Source of the DNA: Auanema rhodensis
Taxonomy: Eukaryota > Animalia > Nematoda
Length of the DNA: 64,000 nt
Reading direction: 5' to 3'
Assembly (NCBI GenBank): GCA_964057225.1
Contig: OZ059896.1
Location: 20,274,001-20,338,000 of the forward strand
Positions 1 through 13,338 of this stretch are shown piece by piece. The notes under the pieces are model-generated. The model was not told the origin of the DNA and did no database searches. It saw only the letters and a program-made list of their open reading frames with translations. The first letter of the stretch is position 1. Every line of letters starts with the position of its first letter. The position numbers and the translations under genes are program-made.

Positions 1-131
1 TTTAAGCTAGCGCAAATCTGATAACACAGATCGACGCAGCTTAAAAATCCGCATCGAATGCACTATACTACATTGAGAAACGCTTAATACAAAAATTAGT
101 TATGATCGTTTGAAAAATGATGCATTAGTGT

Positions 132-159
132 ATGTTGAGTTTCCATGTACACTCAACAT
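132..159. other. Monomer dyad 2: 9-bp perfect inverted repeat with 10-nt spacer
   Basis: atgttgagt-ttccatgtac-actcaacat. Confidence 0.92.
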
Positions 160-166
160 TGCTTCC

Positions 167-232
167 AAAAACATTTTGACAAAAATTTTTTCGAAAAATT
201 TCAAAATAATTTAGCAAAAAGTAGATGTTTTT
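167..232. other. Monomer dyad 3: imperfect A/T-tract dyad with nested palindromes
   Basis: aaaaacat (167-174) pairs with atgttttt (225-232). Nested palindromes are aaaaattttt (181-190), tttttcgaaaaa (187-198) and, in G203 monomers, atttcgaaat (198-207). Confidence 0.8.
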
Positions 233-309
233 AGATTCCTTTATTCAAGGCAAAGACGATGGACAATGTTATTCAACAAAAAAATTAATTCTTCAGGGTG
301 AAAATCGAG

Positions 310-331
310 GATATAAGTGTGAACTTATATC
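310..331. other. Monomer dyad 4: 9-bp stem with GTGA tetraloop
   Basis: gatataagt-gtga-acttatatc, overlapping a second short dyad atatca-gt-tgatat. Confidence 0.92.
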
Positions 332-345
332 AGTTGATATCTCGG

Positions 346-404
346 TGCATTTTTAAGCTAGCGCAAATCTGATAACACAGATCGACGCAGCTTAAAAATC
401 CGCA
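346..404. other. Monomer dyad 1: long hairpin, present in each monomer
   Basis: atttttaagct (349-359) pairs with agcttaaaaat (389-399), 11 bp perfect. Inside it gcg/cgc and atctg/cagat close a 6-nt loop 'ataaca'; tgc/gca lies outside. Confidence 0.9.
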
Positions 405-1053
405 TCGAATGCACTATACTACATTGAGAAACGCTTAATACAAAAATTAGTTATGATCGTTTGAAAAATGATGCATTAGTGTATGTTGAGTTTCCATGTA
501 CACTCAACATTGCTTCCAAAAACATTTTGACAAAAATTTTTTCGAAAAATTTCAAAATAATTTAGCAAAAAGTAGATGTTTTTAGATTCCATTTTTCAAG
601 GCAAAGACGATGGACAGTGTTATTCAACGAAAAAATTAATTCTTCAGGGTGAAAATCGAGGATATAAGTGTGAACTTATATCAGTTGATATCTCGGTGCA
701 TTTTTAAGCTAGCGCAAATCTGATAACACAGATCGACGCAGCTTAAAAATCCGCATTGAATGCACTATACTACATTGAGAAACGCTTAATACAAAAATTA
801 GTTGTGATCGTTTGAAAAATGATGCATTAGTGTATGTTGAGTTTCCATGTACACTCAACATTGCTTCCAAAAACATTTTGACAAAAATTTTTTCGAAAAA
901 TTTCGAAATAATTTAGCAAAAAGTAGATGTTTTTAAATTCCTTTATTCAAGGCAAAGACGATGGACAATGTTATTCAACGAAAAAATTAATTCTTTAGGG
1001 TGAAAATCGAGGATATAAGTGTGAACTTATATCAGTTGATATCTTGTTGCATT

Positions 1054-4000
1054 TTTAAGCTAGCGCAAATCTGATAACACAGATCGACGCAGCTTAAAAA
1101 TCCGCATCGAATGCACTATACTACATTGAAAAACGCTTAATACAAAAATTAGTTATGATCGTTTGAAAAATGATGCATTAGTGTATGTTGAGTTTCCATG
1201 TACACTCAACATTGCTTCCAAAAACATTTTGACAAAAATTTTTTCGAAAAATTTCAAAATAATTTAGCAAAAAGTAGATGTTTTTAGATTCCATTTTTCA
1301 AGGCAAAGACGATGGACAGTGTTATTCAACGAAAAAATTAATTCTTCAGGGTGAAAATCGAGGATATAAGTGTGAACTTATATCAGTTGATATCTCGGTG
1401 CATTTTTAAGCTAGCGCAAATCTGATAACACAGATCGACGCAGCTTAAAAATCCGCATTGAATGCACTATACTACATTGAGAAACGCTTAATACAAAAAT
1501 TAGTTATGATCGTTTGAAAAATGATGCATTAGTGTATGTTGAGTTTCCATGTACACTCAACATTGCTTCCAAAAACATTTTGACAAAAATTTTTTCGAAA
1601 AATTTCGAAATAATTTAGCAAAAAGTAGATGTTTTTAGATTCCTTTATTCAAGGCAAAGACGATGGACAATGTTATTCAACGAAAAAATTAATTCTTTAG
1701 GGTGAAAATCGAGGATATAAGTGTGAACTTATATCAGTTGATATCTTGGTGCATTTTTAAGCTAGCGCAAATCTGATAACACAGATCGACGCAGCTTAAA
1801 AATCCGCATCGAATGCACTATACTACATTGAGAAACGCTTAATACAAAAATTAGTTATGATCGTTTGAAAAATGATGCATTAGTGTATGTTGAGTTTCCA
1901 TGTACACTCAACATTGCTTCCAAAAACATTTTGACAAAAATTTTTTCGAAAAATTTCGAAATAATTTAGCAAAAAGTAGATGTTTTTAAATTCCTTTATT
2001 CAAGGCAAAGACGATGGACAATGTTATTCAACGAAAAAATTAATTCTTTAGGGTGAAAATCGAGGATATAAGTGTGAACTTATATCAGTTGATATCTTGG
2101 TGCATTTTTAAGCTAGCGCAAATCTGATAACACAGATCGACGCAGCTTAAAAATCCGCATCGAATGCACTATACTACATTGAAAAACGCTTAATACAAAA
2201 ATTAGTTATGATCGTTTGAAAAATGATGCATTAGTGTATGTTGAGTTTCCATGTACACTCAACATTGCTTCCAAAAACATTTTGACAAAAATTTTTTCGA
2301 AAAATTTCAAAATAATTTAGCAAAAAGTAGATGTTTTTAGATTCCATTTTTCAAGGCAAAGACGATGGACAGTGTTATTCAACGAAAAAATTAATTCTTC
2401 AGGGTGAAAATCGAGGATATAAGTGTGAACTTATATCAGTTGATATCTCGGTGCATTTTTAAGCTAGCGCAAATCTGATAACACAGATCGACGCAGCTTA
2501 AAAATCCGCATTGAATGCACTATACTACATTGAGAAACGCTTAATACAAAAATTAGTTATGATCGTTTGAAAAATGATGCATTAGTGTATGTTGAGTTTC
2601 CATGTACACTCAACATTGCTTCCAAAAACATTTTGACAAAAATTTTTTCGAAAAATTTCGAAATAATTTAGCAAAAAGTAGATGTTTTTAGATTCCTTTA
2701 TTCAAGGCAAAGACGATGGACAATGTTATTCAACGAAAAAATTAATTCTTTAGGGTGAAAATCGAGGATATAAGTGTGAACTTATATCAGTTGATATCTT
2801 GGTGCATTTTTAAGCTAGCGCAAATCTGATAACACAGATCGACGCAGCTTAAAAATCCGCATCGAATGCACTATACTACATTGAGAAACGCTTAATACAA
2901 AAATTAGTTATGATCGTTTGAAAAATGATGCATTAGTGTATGTTGAGTTTCCATGTACACTCAACATTGCTTCCAAAAACATTTTGACAAAAATTTTTTC
3001 GAAAAATTTCGAAATAATTTAGCAAAAAGTAGATGTTTTTAAATTCCTTTATTCAAGGCAAAGACGATGGACAATGTTATTCAACGAAAAAATTAATTCT
3101 TTAGGGTGAAAATCGAGGATATAAGTGTGAACTTATATCAGTTGATATCTTGGTGCATTTTTAAGCTAGCGCAAATCTGATAACACAGATCGACGCAGCT
3201 TAAAAATCCGCATCGAATGCACTATACTACATTGAAAAACGCTTAATACAAAAATTAGTTATGATCGTTTGAAAAATGATGCATTAGTGTATGTTGAGTT
3301 TCCATGTACACTCAACATTGCTTCCAAAAACATTTTGACAAAAATTTTTTCGAAAAATTTCAAAATAATTTAGCAAAAAGTAGATGTTTTTAGATTCCAT
3401 TTTTCAAGGCAAAGACGATGGACAGTGTTATTCAACGAAAAAATTAATTCTTCAGGGTGAAAATCGAGGATATAAGTGTGAACTTATATCAGTTGATATC
3501 TCGGTGCATTTTTAAGCTAGCGCAAATCTGATAACACAGATCGACGCAGCTTAAAAATCCGCATTGAATGCACTATACTACATTGAGAAACGCTTAATAC
3601 AAAAATTAGTTATGATCGTTTGAAAAATGATGCATTAGTGTATGTTGAGTTTCCATGTACACTCAACATTGCTTCCAAAAACATTTTGACAAAAATTTTT
3701 TCGAAAAATTTCGAAATAATTTAGCAAAAAGTAGATGTTTTTAGATTCCTTTATTCAAGGCAAAGACGATGGACAATGTTATTCAACGAAAAAATTAATT
3801 CTTTAGGGTGAAAATCGAGGATATAAGTGTGAACTTATATCAGTTGATATCTTGGTGCATTTTTAAGCTAGCGCAAATCTGATAACACAGATCGACGCAG
3901 CTTAAAAATCCGCATCGAATGCACTATACTACATTGAGAAACGCTTAATACAAAAATTAGTTATGATCGTTTGAAAAATGATGCATTAGTGTATGTTGAG

Positions 4001-4914
4001 TTTCCATGTACACTCAACATTGCTTCCAAAAACATTTTGACAAAAATTTTTTCGAAAAATTTCGAAATAATTTAGCAAAAAGTAGATGTTTTTAAATTCC
4101 TTTATTCAAGGCAAAGACGATGGACAATGTTATTCAACGAAAAAATTAATTCTTTAGGGTGAAAATCGAGGATATAAGTGTGAACTTATATCAGTTGATA
4201 TCTTGGTGCATTTTTAAGCTAGCGCAAATCTGATAACACAGATCGACGCAGCTTAAAAATCCGCATCGAATGCACTATACTACATTGAAAAACGCTTAAT
4301 ACAAAAATTAGTTATGATCGTTTGAAAAATGATGCATTAGTGTATGTTGAGTTTCCATGTACACTCAACATTGCTTCCAAAAACATTTTGACAAAAATTT
4401 TTTCGAAAAATTTCAAAATAATTTAGCAAAAAGTAGATGTTTTTAGATTCCATTTTTCAAGGCAAAGACGATGGACAGTGTTATTCAACGAAAAAATTAA
4501 TTCTTCAGGGTGAAAATCGAGGATATAAGTGTGAACTTATATCAGTTGATATCTCGGTGCATTTTTAAGCTAGCGCAAATCTGATAACACAGATCGACGC
4601 AGCTTAAAAATCCGCATTGAATGCACTATACTACATTGAGAAACGCTTAATACAAAAATTAGTTATGATCGTTTGAAAAATGATGCATTAGTGTATGTTG
4701 AGTTTCCATGTACACTCAACATTGCTTCCAAAAACATTTTGACAAAAATTTTTTCGAAAAATTTCGAAATAATTTAGCAAAAAGTAGATGTTTTTAGATT
4801 CCTTTATTCAAGGCAAAGACGATGGACAATGTTATTCAACGAAAAAATTAATTCTTTAGGGTGAAAATCGAGGATATAAGTGTGAACTTATATCAGTTGA
4901 TATCTTGGTGCATT
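1054..4914 (+). repeat. 3-mer higher-order repeat (1053 bp): (X-Y-Z)x3 plus X-Y
   Basis: X = gaaaaacg/ccatttttc/cagtg/cttca/ctcgg (starts 1054, 2107, 3160, 4213); Y = gcattg/cttta/cttgg; Z = aaattcc/cttta/cttgg. Confidence 0.88.
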
Positions 4915-7371
4915 TTTAAGCTAGCGCAAATCTGATAACACAGATCGACGCAGCTTAAAAATCCGCATCGAATGCACTATACTACATTGAAAAACGCTTA
5001 ATACAAAAATTAGTTATGATCGTTTGAAAAATGATGCATTAGTGTATGTTGAGTTTCCATGTACACTCAACATTGCTTCCAAAAACATTTTGACAAAAAT
5101 TTTTTCGAAAAATTTCAAAATAATTTAGCAAAAAGTAGATGTTTTTAGATTCCTTTTTTCAAGGCAAAGACGATGGACAATGTTATTCAACGAAAAAATT
5201 ATTCCTTCAGGGTGAAAATCGAGGATATAAGTGTGAACTTATATCAGTTGATATCTCGGTGCATTTTTAAGCTAGCGCAAATCTGATAACACAGATCGAC
5301 GCAGCTTAAAAATCCGCATTGAATGCACTATACTACATTGAGAAACGCTTAATACAAAAATTAGTTATGATCGTTTGAAAAATGATGCATTAGTGTATGT
5401 TGAGTTTCCATGTACACTCAACATTGCTTCCAAAAACATTTTGACAAAAATTTTTTCGAAAAATTTCGAAATAATTTAGCAAAAAGTAGATGTTTTTAGA
5501 TTCCTTTATTCAAGGCAAAGACGATGGACAATGTTATTCAACGAAAAAATTAATTCTTTAGGGTGAAAATCGAGGATATAAGTGTGAACTTATATCAGTT
5601 GATATCTTGGTGCATTTTTAAGCTAGCGCAAATCTGATAACACAGATCGACGCAGCTTAAAAATCCGCATCGAATGCATTATACTACATTGAGAAACGCT
5701 TAATACAAAAATTAGTTATGATCGTTTGAAAAATGATGCATTAGTGTATGTTGAGTTTCCATGTACACTCAACATTGCTTCCAAAAACATTTTGACAAAA
5801 ATTTTTTCGAAAAATTTCGAAATAATTTAGCAAAAAGTAGATGTTTTTAAATTCCTTTATTCAAGGCAAAGACGATGGACAATGTTATTCAACGAAAAAA
5901 TTAATTCTTTAGGGTGAAAATCGAGGATATAAGTGTGAACTTATATCAGTTGATATCTTGGTGCATTTTTAAGCTAGCGCAAATCTGATAACACAGATCG
6001 ACGCAGCTTAAAAATCCGCATCGAATGCACTATACTACATTGAGAAACGCTTAATACAAAAATTAGTTATGATCGTTTGAAAAATGATGCATTAGTGTAT
6101 GTTGAGTTTCCATGTACACTCAACATTGCTTCCAAAAACATTTTGACAAAAATTTTTTCGAAAAATTTCGAAATAATTTAGCAAAAAGTAGATGTTTTTA
6201 AATTCCTTTATTCAAGGCAAAGACGATGGACAATGTTATTCAACGAAAAAATTAATTCTTCAGGGTGAAAATCGAGGATATAAGTGTGAACTTATATCAG
6301 TTGATATCTCGGTGCATTTTTAAGCTAGCGCAAATCTGATAACACAGATCGACGCAGCTTAAAAATCCGCATTGAATGCACTATACTACATTGAGAAACG
6401 CTTAATACAAAAATTAGTTATGATCGTTTGAAAAATGATGCATTAGTGTATGTTGAGTTTCCATGTACACTCAACATTGCTTCCAAAAACATTTTGACAA
6501 AAATTTTTTCGAAAAATTTCGAAATAATTTAGCAAAAAGTAGATGTTTTTAGATTCCTTTATTCAAGGCAAAGACGATGGACAATGTTATTCAACGAAAA
6601 AATTAATTCTTTAGGGTGAAAATCGAGGATATAAGTGTGAACTTATATCAGTTGATATCTTGGTGCATTTTTAAGCTAGCGCAAATCTGATAACACAGAT
6701 CGACGCAGCTTAAAAATCCGCATCGAATGCATTATACTACATTGAGAAACGCTTAATACAAAAATTAGTTATGATCGTTTGAAAAATGATGCATTAGTGT
6801 ATGTTGAGTTTCCATGTACACTCAACATTGCTTCCAAAAACATTTTGACAAAAATTTTTTCGAAAAATTTCGAAATAATTTAGCAAAAAGTAGATGTTTT
6901 TAAATTCCTTTATTCAAGGCAAAGACGATGGACAATGTTATTCAACGAAAAAATTAATTCTTTAGGGTGAAAATCGAGGATATAAGTGTGAACTTATATC
7001 AGTTGATATCTTGGTGCATTTTTAAGCTAGCGCAAATCTGATAACACAGATCGACGCAGCTTAAAAATCCGCATCGAATGCACTATACTACATTGAAAAA
7101 CGCTTAATACAAAAATTAGTTATGATCGTTTGAAAAATGATGCATTAGTGTATGTTGAGTTTCCATGTACACTCAACATTGCTTCCAAAAACATTTTGAC
7201 AAAAATTTTTTCGAAAAATTTCAAAATAATTTAGCAAAAAGTAGATGTTTTTAGATTCCATTTTTCAAGGCAAAGACGATGGACAGTGTTATTCAACGAA
7301 AAAATTAATTCTTCAGGGTGAAAATCGAGGATATAAGTGTGAACTTATATCAGTTGATATCTCGGTGCATT

Positions 7372-10179
7372 TTTAAGCTAGCGCAAATCTGATAACACAG
7401 ATCGACGCAGCTTAAAAATCCGCATTGAATGCACTATACTACATTGAGAAACGCTTAATACAAAAATTAGTTATGATCGTTTGAAAAATGATGCATTAGT
7501 GTATGTTGAGTTTCCATGTACACTCAACATTGCTTCCAAAAACATTTTGACAAAAATTTTTTCGAAAAATTTCAAAATAATTTAGCAAAAAGTAGATGTT
7601 TTTAGATTCCTTCATTCAAGGCAAAGACGATGGACAATGTTATTCAACGAAAAAATTAATTCTTCAGGGTGAAAATCGAGGATATAAGTGTGAACTTATA
7701 TCAGTTGATATCTCGGTGCATTTTTAAGCTAGCGCAAATCTGATAACACAGATCGACGCAGCTTAAAAATCCGCATCGAATGCACTATACTACATTGAGA
7801 AACGCTTAATACAAAAATTAGTTATGATCGTTTGAAAAATGATGCATTAGTGTATGTTGAGTTTCCATGTACACTCAACATTGCTTCCAAAAACATTTTG
7901 ACAAAAATTTTTTCCAAAAATTTCAAAATAATTTAGCAAAAAGTAGATGTTTTTAGATTCCTTTATTCAAGGCAAAGACGATGGACAATGTTATTCAACG
8001 AAAAAATTAATTCTTCAGGGTGAAAATCGAGGATATAAGTGTGAACTTATATCAGTTGATATCTCGGTGCATTTTTAAGCTAGCGCAAATCTGATAACAC
8101 AGATCGACGCAGCTTAAAAATCCGCATCGAATGCACTATACTACATTGAGAAACGCTTAATACAAAAATTAGTTATGATCGTTTGAAAAATGATGCATTA
8201 GTGTATGTTGAGTTTCCATGTACACTCAACATTGCTTCCAAAAACATTTTGACAAAAATTTTTTCGAAAAATTTCAAAATAATTTAGCAAAAAGTAGATG
8301 TTTTTAGATTCCATTTTTCAAGGCAAAGACGATGGACAGTGTTATTCAACGAAAAAATTAATTCTTCAGGGTGAAAATCGAGGATATAAGTGTGAACTTA
8401 TATCAGTTGATATCTCGGTGCATTTTTAAGCTAGCGCAAATCTGATAACACAGATCGACGCAGCTTAAAAATCCGCATCGAATGCACTATACTACATTGA
8501 GAAACGCTTAATACAAAAATTAGTTATGATCGTTTGAAAAATGATGCATTAGTGTATGTTGAGTTTCCATGTACACTCAACATTGCTTCCAAAAACATTT
8601 TGACAAAAATTTTTTCGAAAAATTTCGAAATAATTTAGCAAAAAGTAGATGTTTTTAAATTCCTTTATTCAAGGCAAAGACGATGGACAATGTTATTCAA
8701 CGAAAAAATTAATTCTTTAGGGTGAAAATCGAGGATATAAGTGTGAACTTATATCAGTTGATATCTCGGTGCATTTTTAAGCTAGCGCAAATCTGATAAC
8801 AGAGATCGACGCAGCTTAAAAATCCGCATCGAATGCACTATACTACATTGAGAAACGCTTAATACAAAAATTAGTTATGATCGTTTGAAAAATGATGCAT
8901 TAGTGTATGTTGAGTTTCCATGTACACTCAACATTGCTTCCAAAAACATTTTGACAAAAATTTTTTCGAAAAATTTCAAAATAATTTAGCAAAAAGTAGA
9001 TGTTTTTAGATTCCTTCATTCAAGGCAAAGACGATGGACAATGTTATTCAACGAAAAAATTAATTCTTCAGGGTGAAAATCGAGGATATAAGTGTGAACT
9101 TATATCAGTTGATATCTCGGTGCATTTTTAAGCTAGCGCAAATCTGATAACACAGATCGACGCAGCTTAAAAATCCGCATCGAATGCACTATACTACATT
9201 GAGAAACGCTTAATACAAAAATTAGTTATGATCGTTTGAAAAATGATGCATTAGTGTATGTTGAGTTTCCATGTACACTCAACATTGCTTCCAAAAACAT
9301 TTTGACAAAAATTTTTTCCAAAAATTTCAAAATAATTTAGCAAAAAGTAGATGTTTTTAGATTCCTTTATTCAAGGCAAAGACGATGGACAATGTTATTC
9401 AACGAAAAAATTAATTCTTCAGGGTGAAAATCGAGGATATAAGTGTGAACTTATATCAGTTGATATCTCGGTGCATTTTTAAGCTAGCGCAAATCTGATA
9501 ACACAGATCGACGCAGCTTAAAAATCCGCATCGAATGCACTATACTACATTGAGAAACGCTTAATACAAAAATTAGTTATGATCGTTTGAAAAATGATGC
9601 ATTAGTGTATGTTGAGTTTCCATGTACACTCAACATTGCTTCCAAAAACATTTTGACAAAAATTTTTTCGAAAAATTTCAAAATAATTTAGCAAAAAGTA
9701 GATGTTTTTAGATTCCATTTTTCAAGGCAAAGACGATGGACAGTGTTATTCAACGAAAAAATTAATTCTTCAGGGTGAAAATCGAGGATATAAGTGTGAA
9801 CTTATATCAGTTGATATCTCGGTGCATTTTTAAGCTAGCGCAAATCTGATAACACAGATCGACGCAGCTTAAAAATCCGCATCGAATGCACTATACTACA
9901 TTGAGAAACGCTTAATACAAAAATTAGTTATGATCGTTTGAAAAATGATGCATTAGTGTATGTTGAGTTTCCATGTACACTCAACATTGCTTCCAAAAAC
10001 ATTTTGACAAAAATTTTTTCGAAAAATTTCGAAATAATTTAGCAAAAAGTAGATGTTTTTAAATTCCTTTATTCAAGGCAAAGACGATGGACAATGTTAT
10101 TCAACGAAAAAATTAATTCTTTATGGTGAAAATCGAGGATATAAGTGTGAACTTATATCAGTTGATATCTCGGTGCATT
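7372..10179 (+). repeat. 4-mer tandem duplication (1404 bp x2)
   Basis: Rare 'ccttcattc' at 7613 and 9017, each followed one monomer later by 'ttttccaaaaa' (~7915, ~9319). Confidence 0.82.
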
Positions 10180-13100
10180 TTTAAGCTAGCGCAAATCTGA
10201 TAACACAGATCGACGCAGCTTAAAAATCCGCATCGAATGCACTATACTACATTGAGAAACGCTTAATACAAAAATTAGTTATGATCGTTTGAAAAATGAT
10301 GCATTAGTGTATGTTGAGTTTCCATGTACACTCAACATTGCTTCCAAAAACATTTTGACAAAAATTTTTTCCAAAAATTTCAAAATAATTTAGCAAAAAG
10401 TAGATGTTTTTAGATTCCTTTATTCAAGGCAAAGACGATGGACAATGTTATTCAACGAAAAAATTAATTCTTCAGGGTGAAAATCGAGGATATAAGTGTG
10501 AACTTATATCAGTTGATATCTCGGTGCATTTTTAAGCTAGCGCAAATCTGATAACACAGATCGACGCAGCTTAAAAATCCGCATCGAATGCACTATACTA
10601 CATTGAGAAACGCTTAATACAAAAATTAGTTATGATCGTTTGAAAAATGATGCATTAGTGTATGTTGAGTTTCCATGTACACTCAACATTGCTTCCAAAA
10701 ACATTTTGACAAAAATTTTTTCGAAAAATTTCGAAATAATTTAGCAAAAAGTAGATGTTTTTAAATTCCTTTATTCAAGGCAAAGACGATGGACAATGTT
10801 ATTCAACGAAAAAATTAATTCTTTAGGGTGAAAATCGAGGATATAAGTGTGAACTTATATCAGTTGATATCTTGGTGCATTTTTAAGCTAGCGCAAATCT
10901 GATAACACAGATCGACGCAGCTTAAAAATCCGCATCGAATGCACTATACTACATTGAAAAACGCTTAATACAAAAATTAGTTATGATCGTTTGAAAAATG
11001 ATGCATTAGTGTATGTTGAGTTTCCATGTACACTCAACATTGCTTCCAAAAACATTTTGACAAAAATTTTTTCGAAAAATTTCAAAATAATTTAGCAAAA
11101 AGTAGATGTTTTTAGATTCCATTTTTCAAGGCAAAGACGATGGACAGTGTTATTCAACGAAAAAATTAATTCTTCAGGGTGAAAATCGAGGATATAAGTG
11201 TGATCTTATATCAGTTGATATCTCGGTGCATTTTTAAGCTAGCGCAAATTTGATAACACAGATCGACGCAGCTTAAAAATCCGCATTGAATGCACTATAC
11301 TACATTGAGAAACGCTTAATACAAAAATTAGTTATGATCGTTTGAAAAATGATGCATTAGTGTATGTTGAGTTTCCATGTACACTCAACATTGCTTCCAA
11401 AAACATTTTGACAAAAATTTTTTCGAAAAATTTCGAAATAATTTAGCAAAAAGTAGATGTTTTTAGATTCCTTTATTCAAGGCAAAGACGATGGACAATG
11501 TTATTCAACGAAAAAATTAATTCTTTAGGGTGAAAATCGAGGATATAAGTGTGAACTTATATCAGTTGATATCTTGGTGCATTTTTAAGCTAGCGCAAAT
11601 CTGATAACACAGATCGACGCAGCTTAAAAATCCGCATCGAATGCACTATACTACATTGAGAAACGCTTAATACAAAAATTAGTTATGATCGTTTGAAAAA
11701 TGATGCATTAGTGTATGTTGAGTTTCCATGTACACTCAACATTGCTTCCAAAAACATTTTGACAAAAATTTTTTCGAAAAATTTCGAAATAATTTAGCAA
11801 AAAGTAGATGTTTTTAGATTCCTTTATTCAAGGCAAAGACGATGGACAATGTTATTCAACGAAAAAATTAATTCTTTAGGGTGAAAATCGAGGATATAAG
11901 TGTGAACTTATATCAGTTGATATCTTGGTGCATTTTTAAGCTAGCGCAAATCTGATAACACAGATCGACGCAGCTTAAAAATCCGCATCGAATGCACTAT
12001 ACTACATTGAAAAACGCTTAATACAAAAATTAGTTATGATCGTTTGAAAAATGATGCATTAGTGTATGTTGAGTTTCCATGTACACTCAACATTGCTTCC
12101 AAAAACATTTTGACAAAAATTTTTTCGAAAAATTTCAAAATAATTTAGCAAAAAGTAGATGTTTTTAGATTCCTTTTTTCAAGGCAAAGACGATGGACAA
12201 TGTTATTCAACGAAAAAATTATTCCTTCAGGGTGAAAATCGAGGATATAAGTGTGAACTTATATCAGTTGATATCTCGGTGCATTTTTAAGCTAGCGCAA
12301 ATCTGATAACAGAGATCGACGCAGCTTAAAAATCCGCATCGAATGCACTATACTACATTGAGAAACGCTTAATACAAAAATTAGTTATGATCGTTTGAAA
12401 AATGATGCATTAGTGTATGTTGAGTTTCCATGTACACTCAACATTGCTTCCAAAAACATTTTGACAAAAATTTTTTCGAAAAATTTCGAAATAATTTAGC
12501 AAAAAGTAGATGTTTTTAGATTCCTTTATTCAAGGCAAAGACGATGGACAATGTTATTCAACGAAAAAATTAATTCTTTAGGGTGAAAATCGAGGATATA
12601 AGTGTGAACTTATATCAGTTGATATCTTGGTGCATTTTTAAGCTAGCGCAAATCTGATAACACAGATCGACGCAGCTTAAAAATCCGCATCGAATGCACT
12701 ATACTACATTGAAAAACGCTTAATACAAAAATTAGTTATGATCGTTTGAAAAATGATGCATTAGTGTATGTTGAGTTTCCATGTACACTCAACATTGCTT
12801 CCAAAAACATTTTGACAAAAATTTTTTCGAAAAATTTCAAAATAATTTAGCAAAAAGTAGATGTTTTTAGATTCCTTTTTTCAAGGCAAAGACGATGGAC
12901 AATGTTATTCAACGAAAAAATTATTCCTTCAGGGTGAAAATCGAGGATATAAGTGTGAACTTATATCAGTTGATATCTCGGTGCATTTTTAAGCTAGCGC
13001 AAATCTGATAACAGAGATCGACGCAGCTTAAAAATCCGCATCGAATGCACTATACTACATTGAGAAACGCTTAATACAAAAATTAGTTATGATCGTTTGA

Positions 13101-13338
13101 AAAATGATGCATTAGTGTATGTTGAGTTTCCATGTACACTCAACATTGCTTCCAAAAACATTTTGACAAAAATTTTTTCGAAAAATTTCGAAATAATTTA
13201 GCAAAAAGTAGATGTTTTTAGATTCCTTTATTCAAGGCAAAGACGATGGACAATGTTATTCAACGAAAAAATTAATTCTTTAGGGTGAAAATCGAGGATA
13301 TAAGTGTGAACTTATATCAGTTGATATCTTGGTGCATT

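Larger units (their letters stand above)
1..351 (+). repeat. Representative monomer (351 bp, 109 G+C = 31%, many A5/T5 tracts); the start point is arbitrary
   Basis: Direct count from the first unit; stop codons occur in all six frames. Confidence 0.97.

Noticed and set aside
240-296. Hammerhead ribozyme as in newt, schistosome or cave-cricket satellites: CUGAAGA on - in C294 monomers, CUGAUAA on + at 18-24
   Set aside because: No convincing stem II followed by GAAA, and no stems I/III around an NUH site; the + motif misses CUGANGA. An Infernal/Rfam hammerhead search would settle it.
1-351. Repetitive protein-coding ORF (351 = 117 codons)
   Set aside because: Stops occur in all three + frames within the first 21 nt, and in all three - frames within 'gcttaaaaatgcacc...actgatataag'.
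1-351. Monomer as a dimer of ~175-bp subunits
   Set aside because: No alignable similarity between the halves by eye.
1-351. Assignment to a named family (e.g. Drosophila 359-bp or tenebrionid ~340-360-bp satellites), or to 5S/tRNA/SL-RNA arrays
   Set aside because: Only size and AT content are similar. I do not recognise the sequence and see no RNA-gene motifs; BLAST or Rfam is needed.
891-908. CENP-B-box-like 'tttcgaaaaatttcgaaa'
   Set aside because: It has TTCG....A but lacks the correctly spaced CGGG, and is explained by the A/T palindrome.
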